Shown piece by piece: positions 48,134 to 60,200 of a stretch of 64,000 nucleotides of DNA (position 1 is its first letter; each line of letters starts with the position of its first letter). A program made the translations under genes and the position numbers. The stretch covers positions 1,577 through 65,576 of the forward strand of contig JAKIUF010000014.1 in assembly GCA_021647705.1 (NCBI GenBank). The letters are read 5' to 3'. This DNA comes from Gammaproteobacteria bacterium (lineage in GTDB: Bacteria > Pseudomonadota > Gammaproteobacteria > SZUA-152). The notes beneath the pieces were generated by a model, which was not told the origin of the DNA, made no database searches, and saw nothing but the letters and a program-made list of their open reading frames with translations.

Positions 48134-48949
48134 ATGAAACAACAAACATATTTCAGTATTTTTATCGGCGGACTCGCTATCGCGTTATGGACTATCAACG
48201 CCGTGGCTGACAATGATGATAATCAGGGGAAAAACCGCATATATATTTCTATCGAGGCCAGTAACCCAATACTGATTCAGAGGGTCATGGGCCCTATCAC
48301 GAACAGCGTCAATGGCGTACCAACTGAAACCGTTGATGGTTTTGATTGGGCCGGTCAGGCAATTCGCTCCACTGAAGGTAGTGTTGAAATAAAAATTGAC
48401 TCTATTGCTAATACCGGCAGTATCATTGCCAACTGGAAAGATGAATATGGTGACTGGACATACCAACAGATAATATCTGTGCCATCGGACCATGCCACTG
48501 GCGTACGCATAAAACCATCCGAAGATACAATGATGGCAGCCATTGAAGATGATCCAACAACCACAAACATCTATCTGCACGGTAATGCCGGCACTGCTGT
48601 GTCACTGGCACCTACGGTATTTAATTTACTCGCCACCTGGGGTGAAGCAAAAGTAACGCTCAACGGCGTGCCCTTTGATAATCCCTTTGATGGTCCAACA
48701 CCTCTATGGATCGGTCACACTATGCTCTCTGAAGGAGTGCGTAATGTCGATGGCGCAGTACACACTACTCCTGGTGCTATTTTCGAGATGAGCCGTGGCT
48801 CCGAGAGCCAGGTATATCCAGATGATTTAGTCCTCCATATCGCCTTCCATGATATGCCGGGGCCAGATATGAATACCAGCGCATCGCCAGTATGGTCATT
48901 TTTCTACCAAATTGCTTTTCATAAAGTGAAAGTCAAACATAATAACTAA
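48134..48949 (+). CDS. secreted hypothetical protein
   Basis: 271 aa, with AAGGAA upstream. Signal peptide MKQQTYFSIFIGGLAIALWTINAVA. No motif recognised. Confidence 0.5.
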   Translation: MKQQTYFSIFIGGLAIALWTINAVADNDDNQGKNRIYISIEASNPILIQRVMGPITNSVNGVPTETVDGFDWAGQAIRSTEGSVEIKIDSIANTGSIIANWKDEYGDWTYQQIISVPSDHATGVRIKPSEDTMMAAIEDDPTTTNIYLHGNAGTAVSLAPTVFNLLATWGEAKVTLNGVPFDNPFDGPTPLWIGHTMLSEGVRNVDGAVHTTPGAIFEMSRGSESQVYPDDLVLHIAFHDMPGPDMNTSASPVWSFFYQIAFHKVKVKHNN

Positions 48950-49615
48950 CACTTGTTTTTACCGATACTGATCCAGTTTACACTCTGGGCAGTATCGACA
49001 ACAAGAGTGCTCTATTAACTTCACATACAGAATGATTAACCATTATCCATCAATAACATTGGTGAAGCTATCAAGGCAGTTTTACTCGTCCTTTGTAACA
49101 CAACTTTTACCAACAGGTTTCCCAAATAGCAGGAGGAATAAAAATTTATCATCAATCTTTTCCTGATAATCTTCCTGAGATGGATTATCCGCAATAATAT
49201 CCGTTTTTATTCCTGTAAAAATAGGGTTTTTATGTATAATTTTCGGAAAAATAGGTAACTATTGACCTTCAAAAACTTCCTATCTATACCCGGTAAAATT
49301 TCATAGAGAACAAGGCTTTTATTTTCCCCATGCTATAGGTTATAGTGTTTCTCTCAGGGAGAGGTATTGTCGAATTCAGTGGACCGAAAACGATGTACGG
49401 AAAGAACACATATAGCAGCAGAATGCTGCTGTCATCACAATGGAAAGCCCCGCGAAAACGGATCGCTCTCTACAGACTACATCTTGTCGTCACGCCATAT
49501 CTTGAAAAACCCGTGAGCAAAAACTGATGTGCCTGCACCCTACTTCGCCACGAATAACAGCCCGGTTGCTTTTATTGGAAATTGCTAACAACCACTATAA
49601 ATAAGGGACTAAATT

Positions 49616-50653
49616 ATGAATGACACGCCTGAAACCAACAATCCTTTCGCCTCGCTGGCACCTGAAAAAGCCCTCGAAACTTTTATAATGGGCGAAGCTG
49701 TCAGCCGCTGTCTTCAAGTGCTTGCTAAACTACTCATTGCAGACCGTCTGACACAATCACCCAAAACAGCAGAAGTGCTTGCCCGCGAAACATCAACTCA
49801 CGCACAATCGCTTTACCGTGTGCTTCGCATCGTTGCAAGTGTCGGTGTTTTTCGGGAAGACGAACAAGGTCGTTTTCATATGACACCCACAGCCGAGTTA
49901 CTGCGTACCGATGTGCCTGACTCGATGCAACCTTGGCTGGTATTACGGGGTGAAGAATGGCACCGGAGTAGCTGGAATAAACTTTATGCCACAGTATCCA
50001 CTGGCGAGACAGCATTTAATATTGCTCACAATGAAGGATTATTTGACCACCTCAAACACGACCCTGATGCAGCCACCGTGTTCAATAAAGCAATGGCGGC
50101 CACAAAAGGCTTCACTCAGTCTATTGTTGATGCGTACGATTTTAGCGATACACAAAAAATTATTGATGTAGGTGGGGGTTACGGCAGTTTGCTCTCTGCT
50201 ATCTTGCAAAAAAACACCCATTTGCAAGGTATATTATATGACACTAAAAAAGTCACCTCAGAAGCCCGAAAAGGCATTGAAGATGCCGGACTTGCATCAC
50301 GTTGTGAAATAATCGCTGGCGATTTCTTTTCCAGCGTTCCTTCAGGTGCCGATACTTTTCTATTACGTCGCATCATTCACGACTGGGATGATGAAAAATC
50401 CATTAAAATACTCAAAAACTGCCGCCAGGCTATGGATAATGGCGGGAAACTGCTATTAGCTGAAACCATAATCGAACATGGTAATGCACTTTCTCCCGGA
50501 AAGTTTTATGACATCGACATGATGGTCATGGTCGGCGGTCTCGAACGCACTCTTGATGAATACAGCGTTTTGTTTGAGGCAGCAGGGTTTACATTAACGA
50601 ATGTGGTTCCCACCAAAAGCAACATGAGCATTATGGAAGGCCAAGCCATCTAA
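49616..50653 (+). CDS. SAM-dependent O-methyltransferase (family 2, with N-terminal dimerisation / winged-helix domain)
   Basis: 345 aa, with AAGGGA upstream. Motif I IIDVGGGYGSLL, GDFFSSVP, and LLRRIIHDWDDEKSIKILKNC, as in small-molecule OMTs. Confidence 0.85.
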   Translation: MNDTPETNNPFASLAPEKALETFIMGEAVSRCLQVLAKLLIADRLTQSPKTAEVLARETSTHAQSLYRVLRIVASVGVFREDEQGRFHMTPTAELLRTDVPDSMQPWLVLRGEEWHRSSWNKLYATVSTGETAFNIAHNEGLFDHLKHDPDAATVFNKAMAATKGFTQSIVDAYDFSDTQKIIDVGGGYGSLLSAILQKNTHLQGILYDTKKVTSEARKGIEDAGLASRCEIIAGDFFSSVPSGADTFLLRRIIHDWDDEKSIKILKNCRQAMDNGGKLLLAETIIEHGNALSPGKFYDIDMMVMVGGLERTLDEYSVLFEAAGFTLTNVVPTKSNMSIMEGQAI

Positions 50654-50788
50654 AGGCTTAAGCTTGCACCACCACGGTATCAAACGAGTGCCGTGGTGGG
50701 TTAAAATCTGAAAAGACTACCCTGCCTGAGATTCAAAGGCGTACTACATATTCCACAGACTAACGGATGTTACGCAGACCTCAAGTGT

Positions 50789-50890
50789 GAATTAAGCGCT
50801 AAAAACATCGATTTTAAGAATCACCGAATTAAGAATCACCGAGTATTTAACGCAGAGGTCGCAGAGACGCAAAGGACGCAGAGGAAAACA
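50789..50890 (+). repeat. intergenic repeat family C with four tandem CGCAGAGGA-like units
   Basis: GAATTAAGCGCTAAAAACA head, duplicated TAAGAATCACCGA, GTATTTAACGCAGAGG core, and 9-mers at 50851-50885. Related to 4641-4740. Confidence 0.5.
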
Positions 50891-50895
50891 TCTAT

Positions 50896-51180
50896 TTACA
50901 TGACTTCGAATTGTTTGACACTCACTGAAACTGAGTGCTGGCCCTGGTAATCCTGATGCATATCACTACTTATTCTCCAGGCCAAAACAATATGTGATAC
51001 TACAAATATAACGCCGTATATTTTCAGTATTTTAATATTGCTCGCACTTATTGAAAACGCTGCAAATATCAGTGAAATATAGGTAAAAATAATTGCTACG
51101 CCATCAACAACAATCAAAAATGCTGAAAATGTAACCACTAGCGCGGCGACAACGCCAGAGATGAATTTGAGTTTTACCAT
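50896..51180 (-). CDS. small hydrophobic membrane protein (hypothetical)
   Basis: 94 aa from MVKLKFISGVVAALVV. Two or three predicted TM helices and no Shine-Dalgarno sequence. Weakly supported. Confidence 0.3.
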   Translation of the reverse strand: MVKLKFISGVVAALVVTFSAFLIVVDGVAIIFTYISLIFAAFSISASNIKILKIYGVIFVVSHIVLAWRISSDMHQDYQGQHSVSVSVKQFEVM

Positions 51181-51308
51181 TAAATTACGAATAATCAGGG
51201 TCTGTTGATATTGCATATTTTGAGACAGGTAACACACAAAACCAAACCTGTGCTTTCCTCCCATGTTCTTCTACCCTGCTGACTATCACGCATGCCCTGT
51301 GACCGGTA

Positions 51309-51827
51309 CTATTCTTTTTTTAATAAAGCCTGGGAAACGTCAATCGCTTTTTCAAGATAATTATCATATAGACCAGGGGTTTGATAGCCTATAATTTTTG
51401 GCACCAGCTCCTTTCCCGTTGCATCCACCAGCTGCAAGGTCGGCACAACTTCCACGCCACGATCAATCGCAAAATCTTCGGCATTACGCTCACGTCCACT
51501 GAAATCACGCAAGGTGTCGTATTTATCCATCATCACTTTGCGCAAGATAACGCGTTGGGGATCAATTCCCGCGAGGCGCATAGGACCCAGTACTTCTGTT
51601 TCCAGGCGTTTGCAGTAATGGCAATCTTCGGAGGCAAACATCAGCAGGATGGGGACACCCTTTTCGCTCGACAGTTTGCTTAAGGCGGTCATGTCCAGAC
51701 TGATGACGAGTCGCAACTTTTCCGACACGAACAGGTCTTCGTCTTCGTCCATTTCCACGGGGGTTACTCCGGCTGCATACCCAGCAGCCAGATTAAACAG
51801 TAGAAAAAAAGTCAGCAGGTATCGCAT
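51309..51827 (-). CDS. periplasmic thioredoxin-fold protein (CxxC)
   Basis: Start placed at the signal peptide MRYLLTFFLLFNLAAGYAAG (ATG 51827). Redox motif FASEDCHYCKRLE. Confidence 0.75.
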   Translation of the reverse strand: MRYLLTFFLLFNLAAGYAAGVTPVEMDEDEDLFVSEKLRLVISLDMTALSKLSSEKGVPILLMFASEDCHYCKRLETEVLGPMRLAGIDPQRVILRKVMMDKYDTLRDFSGRERNAEDFAIDRGVEVVPTLQLVDATGKELVPKIIGYQTPGLYDNYLEKAIDVSQALLKKE

Positions 51828-51913
51828 TGTAAATACCTTGAAACCACTCCCGTTCACTTTTGTCGTATTCCGGTGTAAACAGGGATAACCGGAGGCGTTA
51901 CTTTCGTCTTTCG

Positions 51914-53920
51914 TCAACCCAGCATATCACGCAAATTTGCCAGATGAGCACGACCACGCTCCTGACGTTCTTCAGGATCAACCTGCTCACCCCGGCCTTC
52001 CCACACCAAATCATCCTCGGGCAATTCACTCAAAAACCGACTGGGTTCGCAGTCTACGGTTTCGCCATGTTTGCGACGACGGGCGGACATGGTGAAGGTC
52101 AGTGTTTTTTGCGCTCGGGTAATCCCGACATACGCGAGCCGCCGCTCTTCTTCTATATCGTCTGCTTCCAGACTGGCATGATGGGGCAGCAGGTTTTCTT
52201 CCATACCCACTACAAACACATGGGGAAATTCCAGCCCTTTGGCGGCATGCAACGTCATCAGTGAAATACAGTCATCACGTTTTTCATCTTCGTTGCGTTC
52301 GAGGATATCCATTAACGTCATCTGTGCTACCAACTCACCGAGCCCGGTGTCACCCTCACCTTTTTCCGCCATGCGTGTCAGCCAGTCCACCAGCTCATGC
52401 ACATTGGCCATGCGCCGCTCAGCACCTTTGGGGTCGTTACAGGTGTCCAGTAGCCAGTCTTCATAACGGATATCGCTGATCACTTCCTTGACCGCCGCCA
52501 CCGGATCACCTCGCTCGGCCAACTCTGCTTTCGCCGCCAGCCAGCGAACAAATTCCCGCACCCGGTTCAAAGCGCGCTCATTCAGCTGCATTTCCAGTCC
52601 CAGCTCATCGCAGGCGGCATACAGACTGATACCCCTCTCGCCTGCATATGTGGCTATTTTCTCCAGCGTGGCCGGGCCGATCTCGCGCCGTGGCGTATTG
52701 ACCACACGCACGAAGGCATTATCATCTTCCGGATTCACCAGCAGGCGCAGGTAAGCCATAATGTCTTTCACTTCCTGGTAGGCGAAAAACGAAGTGCCAC
52801 CGGAAATTTGATACGGCAACTGGTTTTCGCGCAGCCCCTTTTCAAACAATCGTGACTGGTGATTACCACGATACAAAATGGCGTAATCACTAAAATGACC
52901 ACCGTTCTGGAATTTGTGCGCCAACAGCCGCGACACCACTTGTTCGGCTTCATGATCTTCATTACGCGCCTGCACCACTTTGATGGGGTCGCCATAACCC
53001 AGCTCACTCCACAGGCGTTTTTCAAATACATGGGGGTTGTTGTCAATAAGCTGGTTGGCAGCCTTCAAAATGCGCCCTGTGGAACGGTAATTCTGCTCCA
53101 GCTTGATAACTTTCAGCGTGGGGAAATCCTGCGACAACAGCGCCAGATTTTCTGGCTGTGCGCCGCGCCAAGCATAAATGGACTGGTCGTCGTCACCCAC
53201 CACCGTCAATGCGCCGCGCACCCCCACCAGACTCTGCACCAGGCGGTACTGGGCACTATTGGTATCCTGATATTCATCCACCAGCAGATAACGAATACGA
53301 TTCTGCCAGCGCTCCAGTACCTCGGGAAACTCGCTAAACAATTGTGCAGGCAGGCTAATGAGGTCGTCAAAATCCACCGCATTGTAGGCCCGAAGATGAT
53401 GATTGTATTGCTCATACAATATCGAAGCAGCGGTTAATTTGGGATCACCGTTGGCCAAAGCCTGTGCCTGCGCGGAACTGACCATGTCATTTTTCCAGTG
53501 CGAAATTTGCCACTGCATCGACTGCGCCTCATCGTCAGCATCAAAGGCCCGACGCATTAATTCCTTAATCAGCGCCTGTGAGTCCTGCGAGTCATAAATG
53601 GAAAACCCCTTGCGTAACCCCAGCGCCTTGCCGTCACGTTTGAGAATATTCAACCCCAGGTTGTGAAAGGTGGAAACACGCATGCCACGACGTTCAGCGG
53701 CCTTCAATTCACCCTTAAGCCGTGCCCGCATCTCGCGTGAGGCCTTATTGGTAAAAGTCACCGCCGTAATATGGTGGCCTTTGATATCGCAGTTTTGTAC
53801 CAAATGCACGATTTTTTGCGTAATCACACGCGTCTTGCCGGACCCGGCTCCGGCCAGCACCAGTAACGGGCCATCAATGTAACGCACCGCCTCTTTCTGG
53901 CGGGGATTGAGTTGGGACAT
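51914..53920 (-). CDS. rep: ATP-dependent DNA helicase Rep
   Basis: 668 aa. The N-terminus LNPRQKEAVRYIDGPLLVLAGAGSGKTRVITQKIVHL is colinear with E. coli Rep. UvrD/Rep motifs are present throughout, and the length fits Rep rather than UvrD. Confidence 0.93.
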   Translation of the reverse strand: MSQLNPRQKEAVRYIDGPLLVLAGAGSGKTRVITQKIVHLVQNCDIKGHHITAVTFTNKASREMRARLKGELKAAERRGMRVSTFHNLGLNILKRDGKALGLRKGFSIYDSQDSQALIKELMRRAFDADDEAQSMQWQISHWKNDMVSSAQAQALANGDPKLTAASILYEQYNHHLRAYNAVDFDDLISLPAQLFSEFPEVLERWQNRIRYLLVDEYQDTNSAQYRLVQSLVGVRGALTVVGDDDQSIYAWRGAQPENLALLSQDFPTLKVIKLEQNYRSTGRILKAANQLIDNNPHVFEKRLWSELGYGDPIKVVQARNEDHEAEQVVSRLLAHKFQNGGHFSDYAILYRGNHQSRLFEKGLRENQLPYQISGGTSFFAYQEVKDIMAYLRLLVNPEDDNAFVRVVNTPRREIGPATLEKIATYAGERGISLYAACDELGLEMQLNERALNRVREFVRWLAAKAELAERGDPVAAVKEVISDIRYEDWLLDTCNDPKGAERRMANVHELVDWLTRMAEKGEGDTGLGELVAQMTLMDILERNEDEKRDDCISLMTLHAAKGLEFPHVFVVGMEENLLPHHASLEADDIEEERRLAYVGITRAQKTLTFTMSARRRKHGETVDCEPSRFLSELPEDDLVWEGRGEQVDPEERQERGRAHLANLRDMLG

Positions 53921-54267
53921 GGGGACGTTTTTAAACCTGCGGAGTCTGCATAACAGACAAAAATAATGAATAGCTATTGTATACCATCATCATCAGCTTT
54001 CCCGATGAAATACCAAAAAACGACATCATTTACAACTTTTCTGCACTGCATATTATGAGTACATAAAAAAACGCATACGAATAAATAACTGTTTACATGA
54101 TTAAATGTTATACCGTATAACGACATTTGCCGCTCTTCACATTTGTAAATTTTCTTTACATAATCGGGATTTACAATGCATGTTGCCAAACTAGGCTTTT
54201 GGTGGCTCTCCGGCAGACAAGCGGAAAACAGTTTTACTGGCTTTAAAAACGATTAAGGAAACACACT

Positions 54268-57200
54268 TTGCGTATTCGTCATATCAGCACAACCGGTTTT
54301 GTTCTCGTGGCAGCATTGACCAGCCACTTCGTTCACGCCGAAGGGAGTTATCAGGTCGGTCTGAATCAACCCTTTGTTGAATATGGCGCAACCGTTTTTG
54401 GTAATTCACACGATGAGCCTCTGCATGTCGATATTCGCACCGCAGGTGAAGTAATCAACATATCGTTGTGCGGGTATGCAGATACACACGATATCCAGGC
54501 GGAAGTTTATGATCCGCTCGGCAGTTTGGTCGAAACTTTCACGCATAATCACGGCAATGTCTTTTGTAATGATCCCTTTACAGCACCGCTTTCGCTTAAT
54601 GGCCCCCTGGGCGATCAAGGGCCATTCCAGCACACCACCACCACGACAGGCGCATATTCGATCCGCCTCTACAACACAGCTCTTTCTGGCGGCAGCAGCA
54701 GTGAAAGACAGTTAATTCGCCGCTTTGACATCACCGTTACACCTGACAACTCAACGCTCCCGGACCCCTCGGCACAGGCCGGGCGACTCTGGTCCAGCGC
54801 ATGGAGTTTCTGGACAGGATCATTTGCTGAAAATGAAGCCACGGATGCCAATTATTTTCCTCTGGTACCGGGTGGTCGTGCTAATACTCATTATGTTTGG
54901 AAGCTGGATCTGAATAATTTTTCGGGCAACCTGTACACCCTTATCGCAAATGACGTAGGTGTAACAGCACCCGGATCAGGCTATAGCGTTCCTGAAAGCG
55001 GGAACAGTGTTACACCCAAGTATCCCATTTACCTGTCCTATCCCGTCACTGCAAACCCTCGCCCCACCGATCCACCGGAAATCAGCGGGCTGACGTTTAC
55101 AGATGATGCAGGAATAGATTATGGCATTTCACCGGGTACAACACCCAGCGTGCAGGACTCCGGTGTTTTTGAATTCACAACAGATGTGGACGGCACCTAC
55201 GCGCTGGTTATCGATACCAATGACGACGGACAGTTTGGCGCTAACGACACATTGCTACTGGGCAGTGTGGTACCAGGACCGAACCAAATCAACTGGGATG
55301 GAACAGACGAAAATGGTAATACACTGTCACCTGCCATCTACGATGCCCAGCTTCGGGTCAGCCTGGGTGAATACCACTTTGTTACCCGTGATGCCGAAAC
55401 CAGTGGTGGCACTGAAGATGGTCTGACCATTTTCCAGGCAAACGCTGACGGCAGTACCGATAACACCCAGGTTTACTGGGACGATGAAACACTACTTTCG
55501 CCTCCCTCTGGCACCACAACCCTGCCCAACGGTCAGTCGTCTGCAACATCTGCTGGCCACCACACCTGGGGAGACTTCAGCGGAGCAGGTATCGGTAATG
55601 AACGCTATATTGATACTTATGTATATGGCTTAACCGTCAATGCAACAATACAAGCCGCCATCGTACTGGATGACGTCCCCTTAAGCGGTAGCGACGGCAG
55701 TATCGCTTTTTCCGGCACCAGCCTGCCCGGCGATAGCATCCTCATTACCGTCACTGATCCCGACCTCAATACAAACAATACCATCACGCAAAGTGTTGTT
55801 GTACAGGTCAGCAATGACAATACCGGAGAACAGGAGCAGGTATTGCTCACTGAAACCGGTCCCGACACCGCTGTTTTTTCCAACACCATCACCACCCAGC
55901 CGGGAGCCTCGGCAGGCACCAACAACGACGGTGTACTTAACACCCAAAGCGGCCAAAATCTCACCGTCACTTATTACGATCAACTCCACTCAACCAGCAC
56001 CGGCGGCACCTCGCGAACCGCACAAATTCAGGTGGAATTTGATACAGACAACGACGGCATTGCCAACACACTCGACCTCGACAGCGATAACGACGGCATT
56101 CCCGACAGTATTGAAGGCGACGCCAGTGTAGACAGCGATGGTGACGGTATCCCTGACTACCGCGATCTCGACAGCGATAACGATGGCCTGTTTGACCTCA
56201 CGGAATCCGGCATCAGCAACCCTGCTGCGCTTGACACTGATAACGATGGCCGCATTGATAACAGCAACACCGTTGGGGCTAACGGCCTCGCCGACATCGC
56301 AGAAACCAGCGCCGACAGCGGCAGCATTAATTACACCATCGCCGATACCGACACGGATGGCGTCGCCGATTACCGTGATCTCGACAGCGACAACGATGGT
56401 CTGTTCGACATAGCCGAAGCCGGTGGCAGTGATGCCGACAATGACGGCATCCTCGGCAGCGGCGTACCCGGCGTCGATGCCAATGGTCTCGTCAGTGGCG
56501 CGGGTCTGAGCCCTGTCGATACCGATACCGACGGCATCGCCGACTTCCGTGATCTCGACAGCGATGGCGATGGTCTGTTTGACGTAACCGAAGCCGGTGG
56601 CAGCGACCCCGACAACGACGGCATTCTCGGCAGCGGCACACCCGCTGTCGGTGGCAATGGCCTTGCCAGCGGCGCAGGTCTGGCCCTTATCGATACCGAC
56701 AACGACGGTACGCCTGACTATATCGACCTCGATGCGGATAACGACGGTACCCCTGATGCCAGCGATGTTTTCCCCACCAACGGCGGTGAAAGTGCTGACA
56801 ACGACGGTGATGGCGTTGGCAACAACGCTGATCTTGATGCCGACAATGATGGCATTCCTGACAGCATCGAAGGTGACGACAGTGTAGATACCGATAGTGA
56901 TGGCACACCCGACTATCTGGATCGCGACAGTGATGGTGACGGCATCAATGACATCATCGAAGCCGGTGGCATAGATACCAATAATGACGGTTTGGTCGAT
57001 GGTTTCACCGATGCCAACAGCGATGGTCTCGACGATACCCTGGCCACCAATCCATTACCGGTTACCGACAGCGACAACGACGGCACACCTGACTACCGGG
57101 ACAACCGCGACAGTGATAACGATGGCATTCTCGACACACTCGACCTCGACAGTGATAACGACGGCATTCCCGACAGTATCGAAGGCGACGCCAATGTAGA

Positions 57201-60200
57201 CAGCGATGGTGACGGCATTGCCGATTTACTCGATCTCGACAGTGATAACGATGGTCTGTTCGACCTTGTTGAATCCGGCATCAGTAACCCTGCCTCGCTT
57301 GATGGTGACAACAACGGCCGCATTGATGCTACCTCCCCTGTTGGCAATAATGGCCTCGCCGACGCGATAGAGACCGCTGTGGACTCCGGATTGGCGGACT
57401 ATAACAACGATGGTAATCCCGACAGCCCGCGCGACACCGACAGCGATGGCATCGCAGATTACCGTGACCGTGATTCCGACAACGATGGTATTCCCGATGT
57501 TACCGAAACCGGTGGCAATGACCCGGATGGAGACGGCATCCTTGGCAGTGGTGTGCCCACTGTTGATGCCAATGGTCTTGCCAGCGGGGCTGGCCTGAGC
57601 CCGATTGACACGGATAGTGACGGCACTCCTGATCAGCGTGACCCTGACAGTGATGGTGACGGCAGTAACGACATCATTGAAGCTGGCGGCACTGACACCA
57701 ACGGCGACGGCCAGGTGGATAACTTCACCGATGCCAATAATGACGGCTTCGACGATACCCTTGCTGCCACCCCCCTGCCACTGCCCGACAGTGACGGTGA
57801 CAGCATTACCAACAACCTCGATCTCGACAGTGATAACGACGGCATTCCTGACCTTATAGAAGGCAGTAACACCAACGTAGACACCGACAACGATGGCATT
57901 GCTGATTACCTCGACCTAGACAGTGACAACGATGGCCTGTTCGACCTCATAGAATCCGGCATCAACGATCCTGCCAGTCTTGACACCGACAACAATGGCC
58001 GCATCGACGACAGCAACACAGTGGGAACAAACGGTCTTGCCGACATCGCTGAAACCAATGCTGACAGTGGTGTACTTGACTACACCGTTGCCGATACCGA
58101 TGGCGATGGCATTGAGAACTTCCGCGACCTTGACAGTGACAACGATGGCATTCCTGATCTCATCGAAGGTAGTGGCACTGGTGTGGATACCGATAACGAT
58201 GGCATCCCCGACTACCGCGACCTCGACAGTGACAATGACAGCCTGTTCGACCTCACAGAATCCGGTATCAGCGATCCCGCCAGTCTCGACACCGACAACG
58301 ATGGCCGCATTGATGCCGGCAATCCCGTGGGTGCAAATGGTCTTGCCGACATCGTCGAAACCGCTACCGACAGTGGCACACTCGACTACACCGTTGCCGA
58401 CACCGATAGCAACACCCTTGAGGACTTCCGTGATCTCGACAGCGATGGCGACGGTCTGTTCGATGTGATCGAAGCAGGCGGCAGCGATGCTGATAACGAT
58501 GGCATTACGGGTAGCGGTGTACCCAGCGTCGATGCCAATGGTCTCGCCATGGGTGCGGGCCTGATCCCAGCCGACAGCGACGGTGATGGCACATCTGATC
58601 AACGTGATCTCGACGCTGATAACGACGGCACACCCGATGCCAACGATGCCTTCCCCACCGACGACAGCGAAATTGCCGATGGCGATGGCGACGGCATTGG
58701 CAACAACGCCGACCTTGATGCCGACAACGATGGTATTCCGGACAGCATTGAAGGTGACGACAGCGTCGATTCAGACGGTGATGGCACACCGGATTATCTC
58801 GACCGTGACAGCGATGGCGACGGTATCGATGACATCATCGAAGCCGGTGGCACTGATGCCGACAACGATAGTCAGGTGGATGATTTCACCGACACCAACA
58901 ATGATGGCCTCGATGACAACCTCGCCATAACACCTCTGCCAATGACCGACAGCGATGGCGACGGTACCCCGGATTACCGGGATAACGCCGATAGCGATGC
59001 TGATGGTGTCGTCAACAGCCTCGACCTCGATAGTGACAATGACGGTATCCCTGACAGCATCGAAGGTAATGCCAGCATCGACACCGACGGAGACGGCATC
59101 GCCGACTACCTCGATCTCGACAGTGACAACGATGGTATTTCTGACTTGATCGAATCCGGCATCAGTGACCCTGCCACCCTCGATGGTGACAACGATGGCC
59201 GCATTGACGCCAGCAACTCCGTTGGTGATAACGGTCTTGCTGACGCCGTGGAAACCGCAACAGATTCAGGACAGGCGGATTACAATGGTGACGGCAATGC
59301 CGATGCACCGCGTGATACCGACAGCGACGGCACACCGGATTACCGCGACCTCGACAGTGACAACGATGGTATCAACGACATCATCGAAGCAGGCGGTAGC
59401 GATACCAATGCTGACGGCAGAATTGACAATCCCGTGGATACCAACGGAGACGGCCTCCACGACGATCTCGTCAACAGCCCTCTGCCGGATATCCACACCG
59501 ACGCCGACAGCGACGGCATCCCTGACTTCCGGGATAACGACGATCTCGACAACGATGGTATTGCCGACATATCTGATCTCGACAGCGATAACGATGGCAT
59601 TCCTGATCTCATCGAGGGCAGTGATACCCGCGTGGATACCGACAACGACGGCATCCCCGACTACCGTGATCTCGACAGCGACAACGACGGTCTGTTCGAC
59701 CTGACGGAATCCGGCATCAGCAATCCCGCCAGTCTCGACAGCGACAACGATGGTCGCATTGATACCGGCAACACTGTCGGCAGCAATGGTCTCGCCAATG
59801 TGGTGGAAACCGGCGTGGACAGCGGTAGCATCAACTACGTCGTGGCTGATACCGACAGTGATGGTATCGACGACTACCGCGACCGCGATGCCGACAATGA
59901 TGGCATTCCTGATGTCACCGAGTCTGGCGGTAACGACCCTAATGGCGATGGTGTCCTGGGTAACGGCACACCGGTCGTGGATGACAATGGCCTTATCACC
60001 GGTACTGGCTTGACCCCGGTGGACTCTGACAGTGATGGTATCCCTGACTACCGTGACCTCGATAGCGACGGCGATAACATCACCGACATCATCGAAGCGG
60101 GTGGCAGCGACGGCAACAGCGATGGTCAGGTCGATAACGCCACCGATAACAACAATGATGGGCTCGCCGACAATATTGTCAACAACCCTCTGCCACTGCC

